DNA of 64,000 nucleotides from an uncultured Gemmatimonadaceae bacterium. Its GTDB lineage: Bacteria; Gemmatimonadota; Gemmatimonadetes; Gemmatimonadales; Gemmatimonadaceae. Below the pieces are notes generated by a model, which was given only the letters and a program-made list of their open reading frames with translations, did no database searches and was not told where the DNA came from. Made by a program: the position numbers and the translations under genes. This document shows, piece after piece, positions 11,901 through 22,130 of the stretch (the stretch's first letter is position 1; every line of letters begins with the position of its first letter). Location: the NCBI GenBank assembly GCA_963829055.1, contig CAWHHI010000020.1, positions 704,001 to 768,000 on the forward strand, written 5' to 3'.

Positions 11901-12150
11901 CGGCTGGCTTCTCGGAGGCGTAGTAGTGGATGTCGAAATGCGGTGTGCGCAGGACGTCGAACTTGAACTTCTCGTACTGCACCTTGTTGCGGCCGAAGTA
12001 CTGAGCGTTTGCCGTCGAGGCGCAGCCGGCGAGGGCGATCGCGATCACCGCCGCGAGGAGGAGGAACCCGACGACGTTCGCGAGGAACGCGCCGCGTGAC
12101 GCACGAGAGGTCGAGCGAGTAAAGGAGCGGAGAGGTGAGAAGGTGCGCAT
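8942..12150 (-). CDS. Gluzincin peptidase + PD40/TolB beta-propeller + Omp85/BamA barrel fusion (frameshift near 10250)
   Basis: QYFGRNKVQY, GHEMVH...WLVEGMAEY, repeated WSPDG, barrel motif VRGY and C-terminal GFLLQPGW. Confidence 0.85.
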
Positions 12151-12202
12151 AACGGTATGGGTTGCCACGGATGTGATTGCTGGGTACTTCGAATTCCTGC
12201 GA

Positions 12203-14267
12203 TTACTTCGTGCGAACGAGCGTGAGCTGCACGGACGACGGCAGCGTGCTCCACTGGATGGTCGCGGTCTTCCCGGCAGCGACGGTGAAGCGCAGGTAGG
12301 CTGCGCTCCCCCCACTGACCGTGACGGCGGATGGGGTGCTGGTGAGCGTCGTGGTTGCGAGCGGGTACGCGCCGTTGCTCTGCAGCGCGCCGAAGATCGA
12401 GCGCATGTTCCACGACGGCTGCTGGTAGCGGGCCTCGGTGGACGTGACGTCGTCGGCGAGCACGGAGGTGGCCCAGTCGCGTGCCAGCGTCGTTAGGCCC
12501 GCCCCGAACACCCGTGTGAGGTTCGCGACGCCCGTTGACGTCGAGTTGACGAGCTGGAACCAGGTGGTGCCGTCGTCGCTGCCCGTGTGATCCGCCGCGT
12601 AGCGGAGGAACGACCAGGTCGCGCCGCGCGTCGCGAGATCATCGTTGTCGGCGAACGCCGAGTTCGAAGACGGCGCACCGAGATACTCGCCGAGGCGCGC
12701 GAAGTTGGAGATCGCCTCGTTGTTGAAGGCGTCGATGTACGCGGCCGACGTGCGCAGCAGCGTCGCGTCGATGTTCGCGCGCGGCTTGAGCCCCGTCCTG
12801 GCGTAGAACAGCAGCTCCTCGGCGACGTGAGCCAGGCCTTCGTCGAGCCACGTTTCCTCGAAGTCCGTCGCCGCGGTGTTCACGTACATGCGACGCGACG
12901 CGTTGATGAGGTGCTGATACTCGTGGCCTAGCGTTCCGATCACGACGTTCGTCACGGCATCTTTCGCGAAGCGGTTCCCGTTCACGACGCCGGTCGGGTC
13001 GGGCACCATGAGGTAGAACATCTCGCCGCCGTTGCTCGACGCGCAGGCGTCGAAGCCGGCCGTCGAGGTCGCGGGAAACAGGTCGCGGGCGTAGAAGAAT
13101 CCCGCGACGTAGGATGTACTGCGCGCCGGCGTCAGCTCGTTCACGGCGCGCGTGAAGAACAGCACGACGTGACCATTGCCGTCGATGTCGGTCGGAGTGC
13201 CGAACGCCTTCGTGTCGGTGGGATCGACGAGGGTATCGAACGTCGACGCGATGGACTGGTAGTCCGCGTCGGTGTAGCCGGACGCGGGGTTCGTCGTGTC
13301 GGCGACGACGATGGCCTTGCTGCTCACGGCAGCGATGCGTCCCGTGCGCATCATTGGCGAGTTGCACGCGGACTCGGCGTTCGCGTTCAACGTGACGAGC
13401 TGGCCAACAGTCGCCGTGCTCGGGATGACGCTGAGCGACAGGCCGGGCACGAGCCCCGACGCGGTCCGCTTCCGGGCAGTCATCCACGCCCTGGCGCCCG
13501 GGATGAGCGGCGCCAACTCGCGCGCTTCGGTCGCACGGAGCCTGGCGTCGAGGGCGCGAGTCAGCGCGAGCGAGGACAGCGCCGTCGTCGACGGCACCGA
13601 CGTGCCCGCAAGCAGGTTGAACGAACCAACGGTCGGCGTTAGGCTCGCGACCGCGGTTGCTCCGACGCCGCTCGCCTGCATGGAAAGGACAGCGCTCGAT
13701 TCGGTGAGCGACTGGTTGAACGGAACGAGCGCGAACTCGCCACCAGCGGTCCCGCCCGAGATGCACAGCGATGTGCCGCCGAGACCCGTCAGGACTTGCC
13801 CGAGCGTCAGCGCCGTCGAAGCGCTCGAGCAGTCCGTGCTCGCGATCTGCGTGGCCGTCGCAGTGGCGCGAGCGACGATCGCTGTACTCTGCACCGTTGC
13901 TGTCACTTCGACTGCGCCTGCCGCGCCGCCGAGCGTGAGTTGAGTGGACACGGTGCCGTTGGCGTCGGTGACCGCGGTCGTGGGCGACAGTGTTCCGGAG
14001 CCAGCCGTGATCGAGAAGGCGACCGTGACGCCCGACGACGGGCGCGTCTGCTGCGGTGGTGACCTCGAAGACGATCGGAGAGGTCAGGGTCGCGTTGAGC
14101 GCGCCGGTCTGACCGCTGCCACTCACCGCGGCGATCGCAGCGGCGGTCGGCGTGGCCGGGCTCGTCGAGTCGCTGCATGCGGCGAGCACACCGACGCACG
14201 TGATCGCCAGCGCATGCATTGCAGACATGAATGTTCGGCCGCGAGGGGCGGTGATTCGCGAGGGCAT
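12203..14267 (-). CDS. Lipoprotein with Ig-like domain and M30/hyicolysin-like zinc metallopeptidase (frameshift near 14035)
   Basis: LAAC lipobox, Ig-like segment, DIDGNGHV, AGFF, TLGHEYQHLI...WLDEGLAH. Confidence 0.8.
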
Positions 14268-14324
14268 CACAGTCTCTACATTTCGTGTGGTGGTGAGCGA
14301 CAACGTGTGACTTTCATTTCCTGA

Positions 14325-14349
14325 AACACGCGAATGCGGCGATACCCTA
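14325..14349 (-). promoter_or_regulatory. Putative ECF promoter TAGGGTA-N12-CGTGTT
   Basis: Shared GGGT-N13-SGTGTT motif about 60 bp upstream of the peptidase lipoprotein gene. Confidence 0.6.
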
Positions 14350-14469
14350 TCGGCGCGAGCGAGCGCAGTGAGTCGAGGAATCGCGGCCGTCCGCTCGGAA
14401 TGACACGCGTTAGGCGCCGGATGGAACCTCATCGAAGTACAGGTGTATGAACCGACGGAGTCGCGTGAG

Positions 14470-14495
14470 TAGGGGTAGCCACGCGTTGGCGTGTT
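14470..14495 (+). promoter_or_regulatory. Putative ECF promoter TAGGGGTA-N12-CGTGTT
   Basis: Same motif upstream of TonB receptor 1. Confidence 0.65.
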
Positions 14496-14558
14496 GCTCC
14501 ATCGTCGACCATTAAGGCGATGACCTTCGACGCGACTCTTCCCCGCTCCGGCTCCCGG

Positions 14559-17102
14559 ATGGCTTCCAGGTTCAACCGCGGCGCGTTCTATCGGCTGTCG
14601 CTGTGCCGCTGTTGGCGCCGGCATCGCACCGCGGCCGCGGTGCGCAGGCGTCGTGCACGAAGACGGAACACGCAGCCACGGTAGCCGTGACCCAATGGCA
14701 GCCACCGCTCGATCGCCTCGTGTCGATCCACGAACGCGGCGTCTCGTTGCGTGACGCGCTCGACCGGCTCGCTGCGGCCGCCAAGCTCCGACTCGCGTAC
14801 TCCGCCGAGTTGTTGCCACTCGATCGGCGCGTCTGCGTGAGCTACAGTCGATCTCGGCGGGGCCGCGTTGGTCGAGTTGCTCGACGACGCGAACGTCGAG
14901 CCGGTCGTCACGGATACCGATCGCGTGGTGCTCGCCCCGGCGGCCCAACCAGTCCGCGGCGTTTCGGCGGAGGCCGTGTCGGCGCGGCGTCCGGGCGTGC
15001 TCGAACGCGTGGTCGTCACCGGCACCGTCAACGGATCCGCGCAGCGCGCGATGCCCGTCGCACTCGATATCGTAGAGGGACGCGAGCTCGAGCGACGCGA
15101 TGCCCGATCGCTGTCGAGCATCCTCGACGGCTCGGTCCCCGGCATCTGGATATGGGAGCAGTCGCCGACGAATCTGCTCGCGCGTTATGCAAGCATTCGT
15201 GGCGCGAGCTCGTTCGGCATCAGCTACCCGAAGGTCTACATCGACGGCATCGAGGTCGCGAACTCGCTCCTCGTCACCGAGCTCGATGTCGAGTCAGTCG
15301 ACCACGTCGAAGTCATTCGCGGCCCGCAGGGCGCCGCGCTGTATGGGGCCGATGCGATCAGCGGCGTCATCAACATCGTCACTCGACACGATGGCGTCGA
15401 CGGTGGCGCACCGCGCGCGCAGCTGCAGACTGGCGCCGGCGTGGCTGGCAGCACCTACAGTGCGGATGGCGTGCTCGCGCAGCGTCATTCACTGACGATG
15501 CGCACGGGGACCGGCGTGAGCTCCGCCGGCCTTGGTCTCTCGATCTCCACCCTCGGCGACTTCATTCCCGATGCATACGATCGCCGCTTCGGCCTGAATG
15601 CCAGCGCGCGACGCGTCGCACGCTCGGCCATCATCTCGGGGACCGCGCGATTCGCCGCCCAGAATGCGAGCGCACCGGCGAGTCCGCTGTTGGCCGAAGC
15701 AGATACGTTGGCGCCGCCAGCCAACGACTCGAGCTATCGCCAATCCGTTCGCCAGTACACACTCGGCGCGACAGCCACCGTTCGGAGCGGCGACCGGTGG
15801 ACGCACGCAGCCGTCATCGGTCTCGACGGCTACCGCCTCGAGGACGCGTCGGCGTTCGGCACGCCGTTCACGTCCGCAGCCGATTCCGCATTGCGCGCCG
15901 CGAGTGGGTCGGCCGCGCGCGGTTCGGTGCGCGTGAGCAGCGTCGCGCAGCTCGGCGCCGCCGAACATGCATCGGGGTCGCTGACACTCGGGCTCGAGCA
16001 TTCCGCGGTACGCGAGGCGAGTCGCCTGACGACTGCCTTTGGACCTGGCCCGGAGCGCGATGACTATGGAGCGACCGAACGGACCGTCAACTGGCGGAGC
16101 AACACCGGGCTCATCACTCAGGTGAACGGCGCTTTCCGCGACGCGCTGTTCGTGACCGGTGGAGTGCGTCTCGAGCACAATGGTGGTGTCACCACCAGCG
16201 AGCGATACGCGACGCTCCCGATGGTCGGTGCGGCGTTCGTGCGCGACCTGGGGAGCACCGCCGTGAAGTTGCGCGCCGCCTATGGCAAAGGCATTCGCCC
16301 ACCGGAGACGACGAGCCGTGCGACGTCGTGGATGGGGATGCGCGGATCGGCCGGCGCTACTGAGCTTTCGTCCGAGGTTCAGTCCGGCGTCGAGGGCGGA
16401 CTGGACATTCTGCTCGGAGGAATCGCCGGGCTGCACATCACGCGCTTCGACCAGCTCGTCTCGGGACTCATTCAACCAGTCGCGGTGAGCGGCACGACGC
16501 CCGATCAGGGCCCTGGTCGTGGCGGTGGAGGAGGTGGTGGCGGTGGCAGCGGTCCTGGCGGACGTGACCGTATTGCCTACGTGTTGCAGAACGTCGGCGA
16601 GATCACCAACCGTGGCTGGGAGTTGGCCGGGTCGGTTGGGGCCGGCGGCTTCTCGGTGTCGAGCGCGCTATCTTTGGTTGAGAGTCGCGTCCGTCGTCTT
16701 GCAACCGGATATAGAGGCGACCTCCAGACCGGTGATCGGATGCTCGAGGTGCCGAAGCGCACGCTCAGCGTGACGACGTCGTACTCGCGGGGACCATGGT
16801 CCACCTCGGTAACGGGCTCGCGAGCCTACGACTGGGTGAACTACGATCGACTCGCGCTCAGCGAAGCACTCGCAAGTGGTCAGTTATCCTCCCGAGATGT
16901 AGTCGGAGCGAAGCTTCGCGCGTTCTGGCGCGAGTACCCCGGCGTGAACCGCCTGCGGGCGAACCTCTCGTACGACCTGCGCCGGACGTTGTCGCTCGTC
17001 ATTGCCGGCGACAACCTGCTCGATCACCAGCTTGGCGAGCCCGACAACGTGACGGTGCTGCCAGGCCGGACCGTAACGGGCGGGTTGCGCGCGAAGTTCT
17101 GA
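14559..17102 (+). CDS. TonB-dependent receptor with STN signalling domain (start approximate; frameshift near 14860)
   Basis: WQPPLDRLVSIHERGVSLRDAL STN-like segment, LERVVVTG, VEVIRGPQGAALYGADAISGVINIVT, C-terminal RAKF. Confidence 0.85.
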
Positions 17103-17205
17103 GCGGTTGCCACTCGAACGCGTTGGCCCGAAACCCGCTAACGCTTGTGGCCGGCATTGCCTGCATCGGTCACGCATTCGTTGTTGATGCCAGGTGCGCG
17201 CTCGT

Positions 17206-17231
17206 CGAGGGTGCGCCCCGTGTGAGGTGTT
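17206..17231 (+). promoter_or_regulatory. Putative ECF promoter CGAGGGTG-N12-GGTGTT
   Basis: GGGT-N13-GGTGTT about 65 bp upstream of ORF 17296. Confidence 0.45.
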
Positions 17232-17295
17232 ACGTCATGACCCGGGCACACATCGGTGTGTCCTTGGGCATTACCTGTTGGAGTAAAGGAGCATC

Positions 17296-17838
17296 ATGGC
17301 AGTTGGAGGACCGTTCACGCCGGGGCACGTGTCTGCGCTCGCGACGCGTGCCAGCGAGCTGGAGCGCATTGGTGAGGAAACGCAGAATCCGCACGCGCTC
17401 ATGCGTGCCGCGCGACTGTACAAGTTGGCGGTGAGCATCACGAATGACATCAACGGCGAATCGACGCCGTTCACATACGGCGATCTCGCGCGCGTGCGGG
17501 ATGAGTTACGCACTCTCGCGACCGACACCGCGATTGCGGGCATGCTCGGCGATCACGAACTGCCGTCGCGGGCCGAGATCGACGCGAGCGGCACCGTTAC
17601 GCGCCTGTTCCGCGAGATCGCGGCGCGCATCGAGCGTCGCTTGCCGGCGAGGACATCCGCCTCGTACGTCGCCGCGACCCGGAACCGCGCGCCTAACGCC
17701 GGTGGTGGCGTCGCGAGAGGTATGTCATCCCGAGCGGCAGCGAAGCGGCAGCGAGGGATCTCCCGTGATGTCATTGTAGCCGGTCTGGCCACGAGTACTT
17801 CACAGAAGGTCCCTCGTCGCTCGCGCTCCTCGGGATGA
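17296..17838 (+). CDS. Hypothetical helical protein; C-terminus read through a repeat element
   Basis: AAAGGAG RBS before ATG; no recognisable family. Confidence 0.5.
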   Translation: MAVGGPFTPGHVSALATRASELERIGEETQNPHALMRAARLYKLAVSITNDINGESTPFTYGDLARVRDELRTLATDTAIAGMLGDHELPSRAEIDASGTVTRLFREIAARIERRLPARTSASYVAATRNRAPNAGGGVARGMSSRAAAKRQRGISRDVIVAGLATSTSQKVPRRSRSSG

Positions 17839-17840
17839 CA
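17723..17840. repeat. REP/MITE-like element type 1
   Basis: TGTCATCCCGAGCG...GTAGCCGGTCTGGCCACG...CTCGGGATGACA. Confidence 0.8.
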
Positions 17841-17925
17841 GTGGAGTCAATCAGCTCAATCCGATAAATCCGTTGCGCTTTCGTCTGCGAGGCAGGTAGC
17901 GCCAGGCTCGAACTCGCTACGTCGA

Positions 17926-18726
17926 TCACCCCACCTGGACGCCGAGATTGATGATGCCGGCGTAGCCCGAACCACTCGCCGACGCCTGCAGCGTCAGCGC
18001 CGCCTTGGCCGCCGTCGAGAGACTATTGTAGATGCCGTCGGTGGTGTTGACCGTGTCGCGCCGACCTTTGCTGTTGTACGGGCTGAGCGCGTGGACTTTG
18101 TCGGTGAGCGACTCGTCGAAGAAGAATTGCGACGTGAACTCGTAGGTCTTCGCCGTCCCGGCGAAGAGGCGCAGCTTGAAGTGCACGTGCACCGCGCGGC
18201 CCTGATACCACCCCGGATACACCGTGGTGAACGCGGCAACGCCATTCGCATCGGTGATCTGGTATCCGCGCAGGAACTTCTTCCCGGCGCCGCCCGTGCC
18301 GTTGCCGTTGCCGGACACGTCGGAGTACGTGCCTGACGAGTCGCAGTGCCACACGTCGAGGTACGCGCCCGTCAGCGGCGTGCAGGCGTTGCTCGCGAAT
18401 CGCGTGACGTTGAACGTCAGCGAGAGTGGAACACCCGTCGAGATGACGCCAGTCGTCGGATCGGAGCGGATGTCAGAGCGATTGAGCTTCTCATCGACGA
18501 AGTACGGGCCTTCGGTCAGCGCGGCAGTCAACACACACGACGACGACGGGGCAGGCGTCGTGGTGCCCGTCGTGTCGGTGCCCGTCGTGCCGGTGACGTC
18601 GTCGGAGGCACACGCGAGCAGCGACTGCGACACGATGACGGTCGCGGCCGCGTTGGCGGCCATCCCGAATAATTTCCGCCGATCGACCTTCACAGCGGCG
18701 GCAGATGGATCGAAGAGTCTCTTCAT
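17926..18726 (-). CDS. Intradiol ring-cleavage dioxygenase-like protein, Tat-exported lipoprotein
   Basis: DRRKLF Tat motif, LLAC, TEGPYF, DVWHCD, FLRGYQITD, YPGWYQGRAVHVHFK. Confidence 0.85.
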   Translation of the reverse strand: MKRLFDPSAAAVKVDRRKLFGMAANAAATVIVSQSLLACASDDVTGTTGTDTTGTTTPAPSSSCVLTAALTEGPYFVDEKLNRSDIRSDPTTGVISTGVPLSLTFNVTRFASNACTPLTGAYLDVWHCDSSGTYSDVSGNGNGTGGAGKKFLRGYQITDANGVAAFTTVYPGWYQGRAVHVHFKLRLFAGTAKTYEFTSQFFFDESLTDKVHALSPYNSKGRRDTVNTTDGIYNSLSTAAKAALTLQASASGSGYAGIINLGVQVG

Positions 18727-18777
18727 TGTTTCGGCCTAACGTGAATGAGGCAGCGGACGCATGTCATCTGCGGGTGA

Positions 18778-18803
18778 AACACCTGGCGTCCGGCAAACCC
18801 TTA
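18778..18803 (-). promoter_or_regulatory. Putative ECF promoter TAAGGGTT-N12-GGTGTT
   Basis: Shared motif about 50 bp upstream of the dioxygenase-like gene. Confidence 0.6.
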
Positions 18804-18838
18804 CTGATCGAGCTGGAAAATGGCAGCAAACGATCGAG

Positions 18839-18864
18839 TAGGGGTACTTCGCGCCTCGCGTGTT
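18839..18864 (+). promoter_or_regulatory. Putative ECF promoter TAGGGGTA-N12-CGTGTT
   Basis: Shared motif about 75 bp upstream of lipoprotein 18938. Confidence 0.65.
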
Positions 18865-18937
18865 TCTGGCAATGTCCACGTCGGTGGCGAAGCGCGAACG
18901 GTTCGCGCAACCCACCGGCCATTTCCGGAGCAACGTC

Positions 18938-20012
18938 ATGAGGCGCAGCAACATCCGCGCGTGGTACCGCCTCGCTGTCAGTATCACGCCACTGGTCGGC
19001 GCCGCGTGTGCCGACTTCAACTCCCCTCGTCAGTCGTCGCTCACGACCAGCCGCGTTGACTGGCGCATTCTCCACTGTTCCCGTCGGCTACGGTGATGTC
19101 ACCAGCAGCTTCGTCGGGACGTCAGCGGCCTCGGTATCGAGCGCCGGCTTCTGGCTCGGCGGCGGGCGCAGGGGCAGCATGGACCGCGGCTCGCTCATGG
19201 GCGGCGGACTCGCGGCCAACTTCAGCGGCGAAGGCGAAGGCTTTGGTCGCGGCGTGCGGTAACCGCGGTCCGTTCGGCGGCGGACTCGCCTGCACAGGGA
19301 CCTTCAATTCCGCCACCGGCGAGTCGACCTGTGCAGCCGAGACGCGGAACGGTCTCACGATCGCGCGGTCGGCTCAGTACAAGGATGCCGCCGGCGCCGT
19401 TCAGCAGGCGTTCGACTCGGCGACGACGAACTCCGTGAACACGCAGAGCACGGTCACGGGCACGGTGACGTACACGCCTGACAGCAACTCGAACCGTGGC
19501 CCCGGAGGCGGGAACTCGGGACCAGGCGGTCGGTGGTCGCGGACGCGCCTGCTGGGGTGACGGACGTGGAGCGGGCGGACTGCTCCTCGGTGACACGGCG
19601 ACGATCGTGAGCGCGACGACGAGCGTGAACAACACGAGCGAGCGCACGGTGACCGGACTCGCGAGCGGTAGCACTCAGCGCACCGTGAACGGCACGTCGC
19701 GCGGTCAGGAGTCGACCACGGGCGAGTCGAGCCGCGGGAAATTCACGGCCACGCGCGTGGCCGGCGACACGACGGCTGGAGTCGTGATCCCCGTGACGAC
19801 GACTGGCAGCTAGACCTATCCCACCGCCGGCACGGTGATTCGTGCGATGCAGGCGAACCTGACGTACGAAGGTCAGGCAGCGACGACAGTGACTCGCGCG
19901 CGAGGTCGTGACGTACGACGGCAGCGCGACGGCGAAGGTCGTGATCACGGAGAACGGCACGACGCGTAACTGCACACGTCCCCTGCCGCGCGGGCCGCTG
20001 ACGTGTAGCTGA
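18938..20012 (+). CDS. Hypothetical Gly/Thr-rich beta-strand lipoprotein (several frameshifts, one in-frame TAG at 19811)
   Basis: MRRSNIRAWYRLAVSITPLVGAAC lipobox; continuous protein-like frames to CTRPLPRGPLTCS*. Confidence 0.6.
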
Positions 20013-20062
20013 CCTTCGGTTGGACGCTGTAGCTCTGGGAATCCGAGGGGAACACAACGAAT

Positions 20063-20227
20063 GGGGTCAGACTCGAGTCTGACCCTTCAGTTGTCATTCC
20101 GAGCGGGTGTCATTCCGAGCGAGCCGAAGGCGAGTCGAGGAATCCTCGGCGTCCCGGTAGAGAGCCCTCTACCGTTATGGTCTCGATTCCTCGACTGCGC
20201 CGCTTCGCGACTCCGCTCGGAATGACA
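20063..20227. repeat. GGGTCAGACTCGAGTCTGACCC palindrome followed by a type 2 REP/MITE-like element
   Basis: Perfect 22-bp palindrome at 20064-20085, then TGTCATTCCGAGCG...GGTAGAGAGCCCTCTACC...CGCTCGGAATGACA. Confidence 0.8.
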
Positions 20228-20235
20228 CCCGCTAC

Positions 20236-20777
20236 TCAGTCCGGCAGCCACGGCGCGAGACGCTCGCGCAGCGTCCGCAGCGCCTTTCCCATCTGCGCCT
20301 CGACCGTCTTCACCGAGATCCCCAGCGCGCGCGCGATCTCCGCGTACTTGAGCCCATGCACGCGACTCAGCTCGAACACCTCGCGACATCGATCCGGCAG
20401 CGACTGCACGGCGCGCTGCACGGCGACGTCCAGCTCCTCCTGCGACGACCCCGACGTCGGCCTGCGGCGTCGACGAGCTCTCGCCACGCACTTCGGGCTC
20501 ACTCCGCTGCTCGATCTTGAGATGCCGAAGGTGGTTGAGCACCCGGTTCCGCGTCGCCTGAAACAGGTACGCCTGCGCGGACCCATCGCACGACAAGCGT
20601 CTCGCGCCGCCGCCAGAGCTCGAGCATCACGTCCTGCACGAGCTCCTCGGCCACCGCTCGGTCGCGCAGCATCCGCTCGGCCGTTCCCACGAGCGGCCCG
20701 TACCACGTGCGGAAGATGGCGTCGAACGCTGTGGAGTCCCCCTGCCGGAGGCGGTCGAGAAGGCTTGTATCGGTCAA
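20236..20777 (-). CDS. ECF RNA polymerase sigma-70 factor (frameshifted)
   Basis: AEELVQDVMLELWRRR, AYLFQATRNRVLNHLRH, LPDRCREVFELSRVHGLKYAEIARALGISVKTVEAQMGKAL. Confidence 0.9.
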
Positions 20778-20936
20778 CCGGAGTAGGCAACGGAACGGGA
20801 GACGCTGGAAGCTGGGATGGTCGTGCGGTGGCTGGGTGACGCTGAGTGACCAGCGCGGCAACCAGCGTCACCGCGAGCAACAAGCACGACACACCCAGCA
20901 ACAAGCTAGTTGTTCAGCAGGAAGGTAGTTTCGCCG

Positions 20937-20963
20937 TAGGGGTACACGTCCGGCTCGGGTGTA
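20937..20963 (+). promoter_or_regulatory. Putative ECF promoter TAGGGGTA-N13-GGTGTA
   Basis: Variant of the shared motif upstream of the fecR-like gene. Confidence 0.55.
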
Positions 20964-21031
20964 TTCCATCGAGGCGAATCCAGTGCATCTACCATAATTT
21001 TCCCGTTCCGGTCCGCCGTCCGTCGAGCCCC

Positions 21032-22130
21032 ATGCCCAACCAGACGCCGAACCTTCCACCACCAGACGACTCCGCCGATTGGGAGGCGATCGCCCGGTAC
21101 TTCGCGGGCGAGAGCACTCCCGATGAGGCGGAAGTCGTCCGCCGGTGGCTCGAGGCGCACCCGGTCGAGGCTTCGGCGCTGGCGTCGCTCAGCGACGCGA
21201 CCACCCGCTGCGCAACTGCTACCCCGCCGGGCCTCGACGTCGAAGCGGCGCTGAAGCGGGTCAACGAGCGACGCGACGCCGCCGACGTCATTCCCGATCG
21301 GCAGCCGCCGGCCAGCCGCGCGCCGCATCTGTCCGAACGCGGCGCGCCCGCTCGTCGATGGCAGCCGTTCGCGCTCCCTGCAGCGGCGGCCGCCGTGCTG
21401 CTCATCGGCGGCGTCGCTGTGGTGGCACTCGACGCAGAACGGCGGGTATACGCCACGGCATCGGCGCGCACAGACGTTCGCGACGACCGTCGGCCAGCGT
21501 GACTCGGTGCGACTCGCGGATGGGACGCGCGTTCTGCTCGCTCCCGAGAGTCGCTTGACCGTGGCATTGGGATACGGAAACAACGTGCGCGAAGTCGAGC
21601 TACGAGGGCGAAGCGTACTTCGACGTCCACACGACGCCGCGCGACCGTTCGTCGTGCACGCGGGCGGCGCCGACATCCGCGACCTCGGCACGACGTTCAC
21701 CGTGCGCGTCACCGGCGATCAGGGTGTCCGCGTCGCCGTGACGTCGGGATCCGTCTCGCTCGCACCCACGCAGACCGCGTCGCCGAACGCCGCCGTCGTG
21801 CTGCGCCCCGGCGATGCCGGAACGCTCGCGGCCGATGGACGTATGCTCGTCGAACGCGGCGGCACCGCCGAGCCCGACACCGCATGGACGCAGCGGTCGC
21901 CTCGTGTTCCGCGAAGCGCCGGTGGCGACCGTGCGCGCCGAGCTGCGCCGCTGGTACGGAATCGATCTCGAGATCGACTCGTCGTTCGCGTCGCGCCACC
22001 TCTCCATGACGTTCGACGGCGAGACCGCCGATCGCGTTCTCGAGGTGATCGCGTCTGAGCCTCGGCGCCGACGTGTCAGCGGCAGGGCAACACCGCGGTC
22101 CTGAAGCCAGGCTCGCCGCGCTCGCGATGA
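21032..22130 (+). CDS. FecR family anti-sigma factor (frameshifted)
   Basis: DWEAIARYFAGE N-terminus, TM helix, VRLADGTRVLLAPESRL, DLGTTFTV, RLVFREAPV...LRRWYG. Confidence 0.85.

Noticed and set aside
19811..19813. In-frame TAG inside the lipoprotein gene (possible readthrough or recoding)
   Set aside because: It is a single case in an error-rich segment; TAG is used as a normal stop elsewhere (e.g. 28408, 35730, 45088) and no pyl genes are seen.
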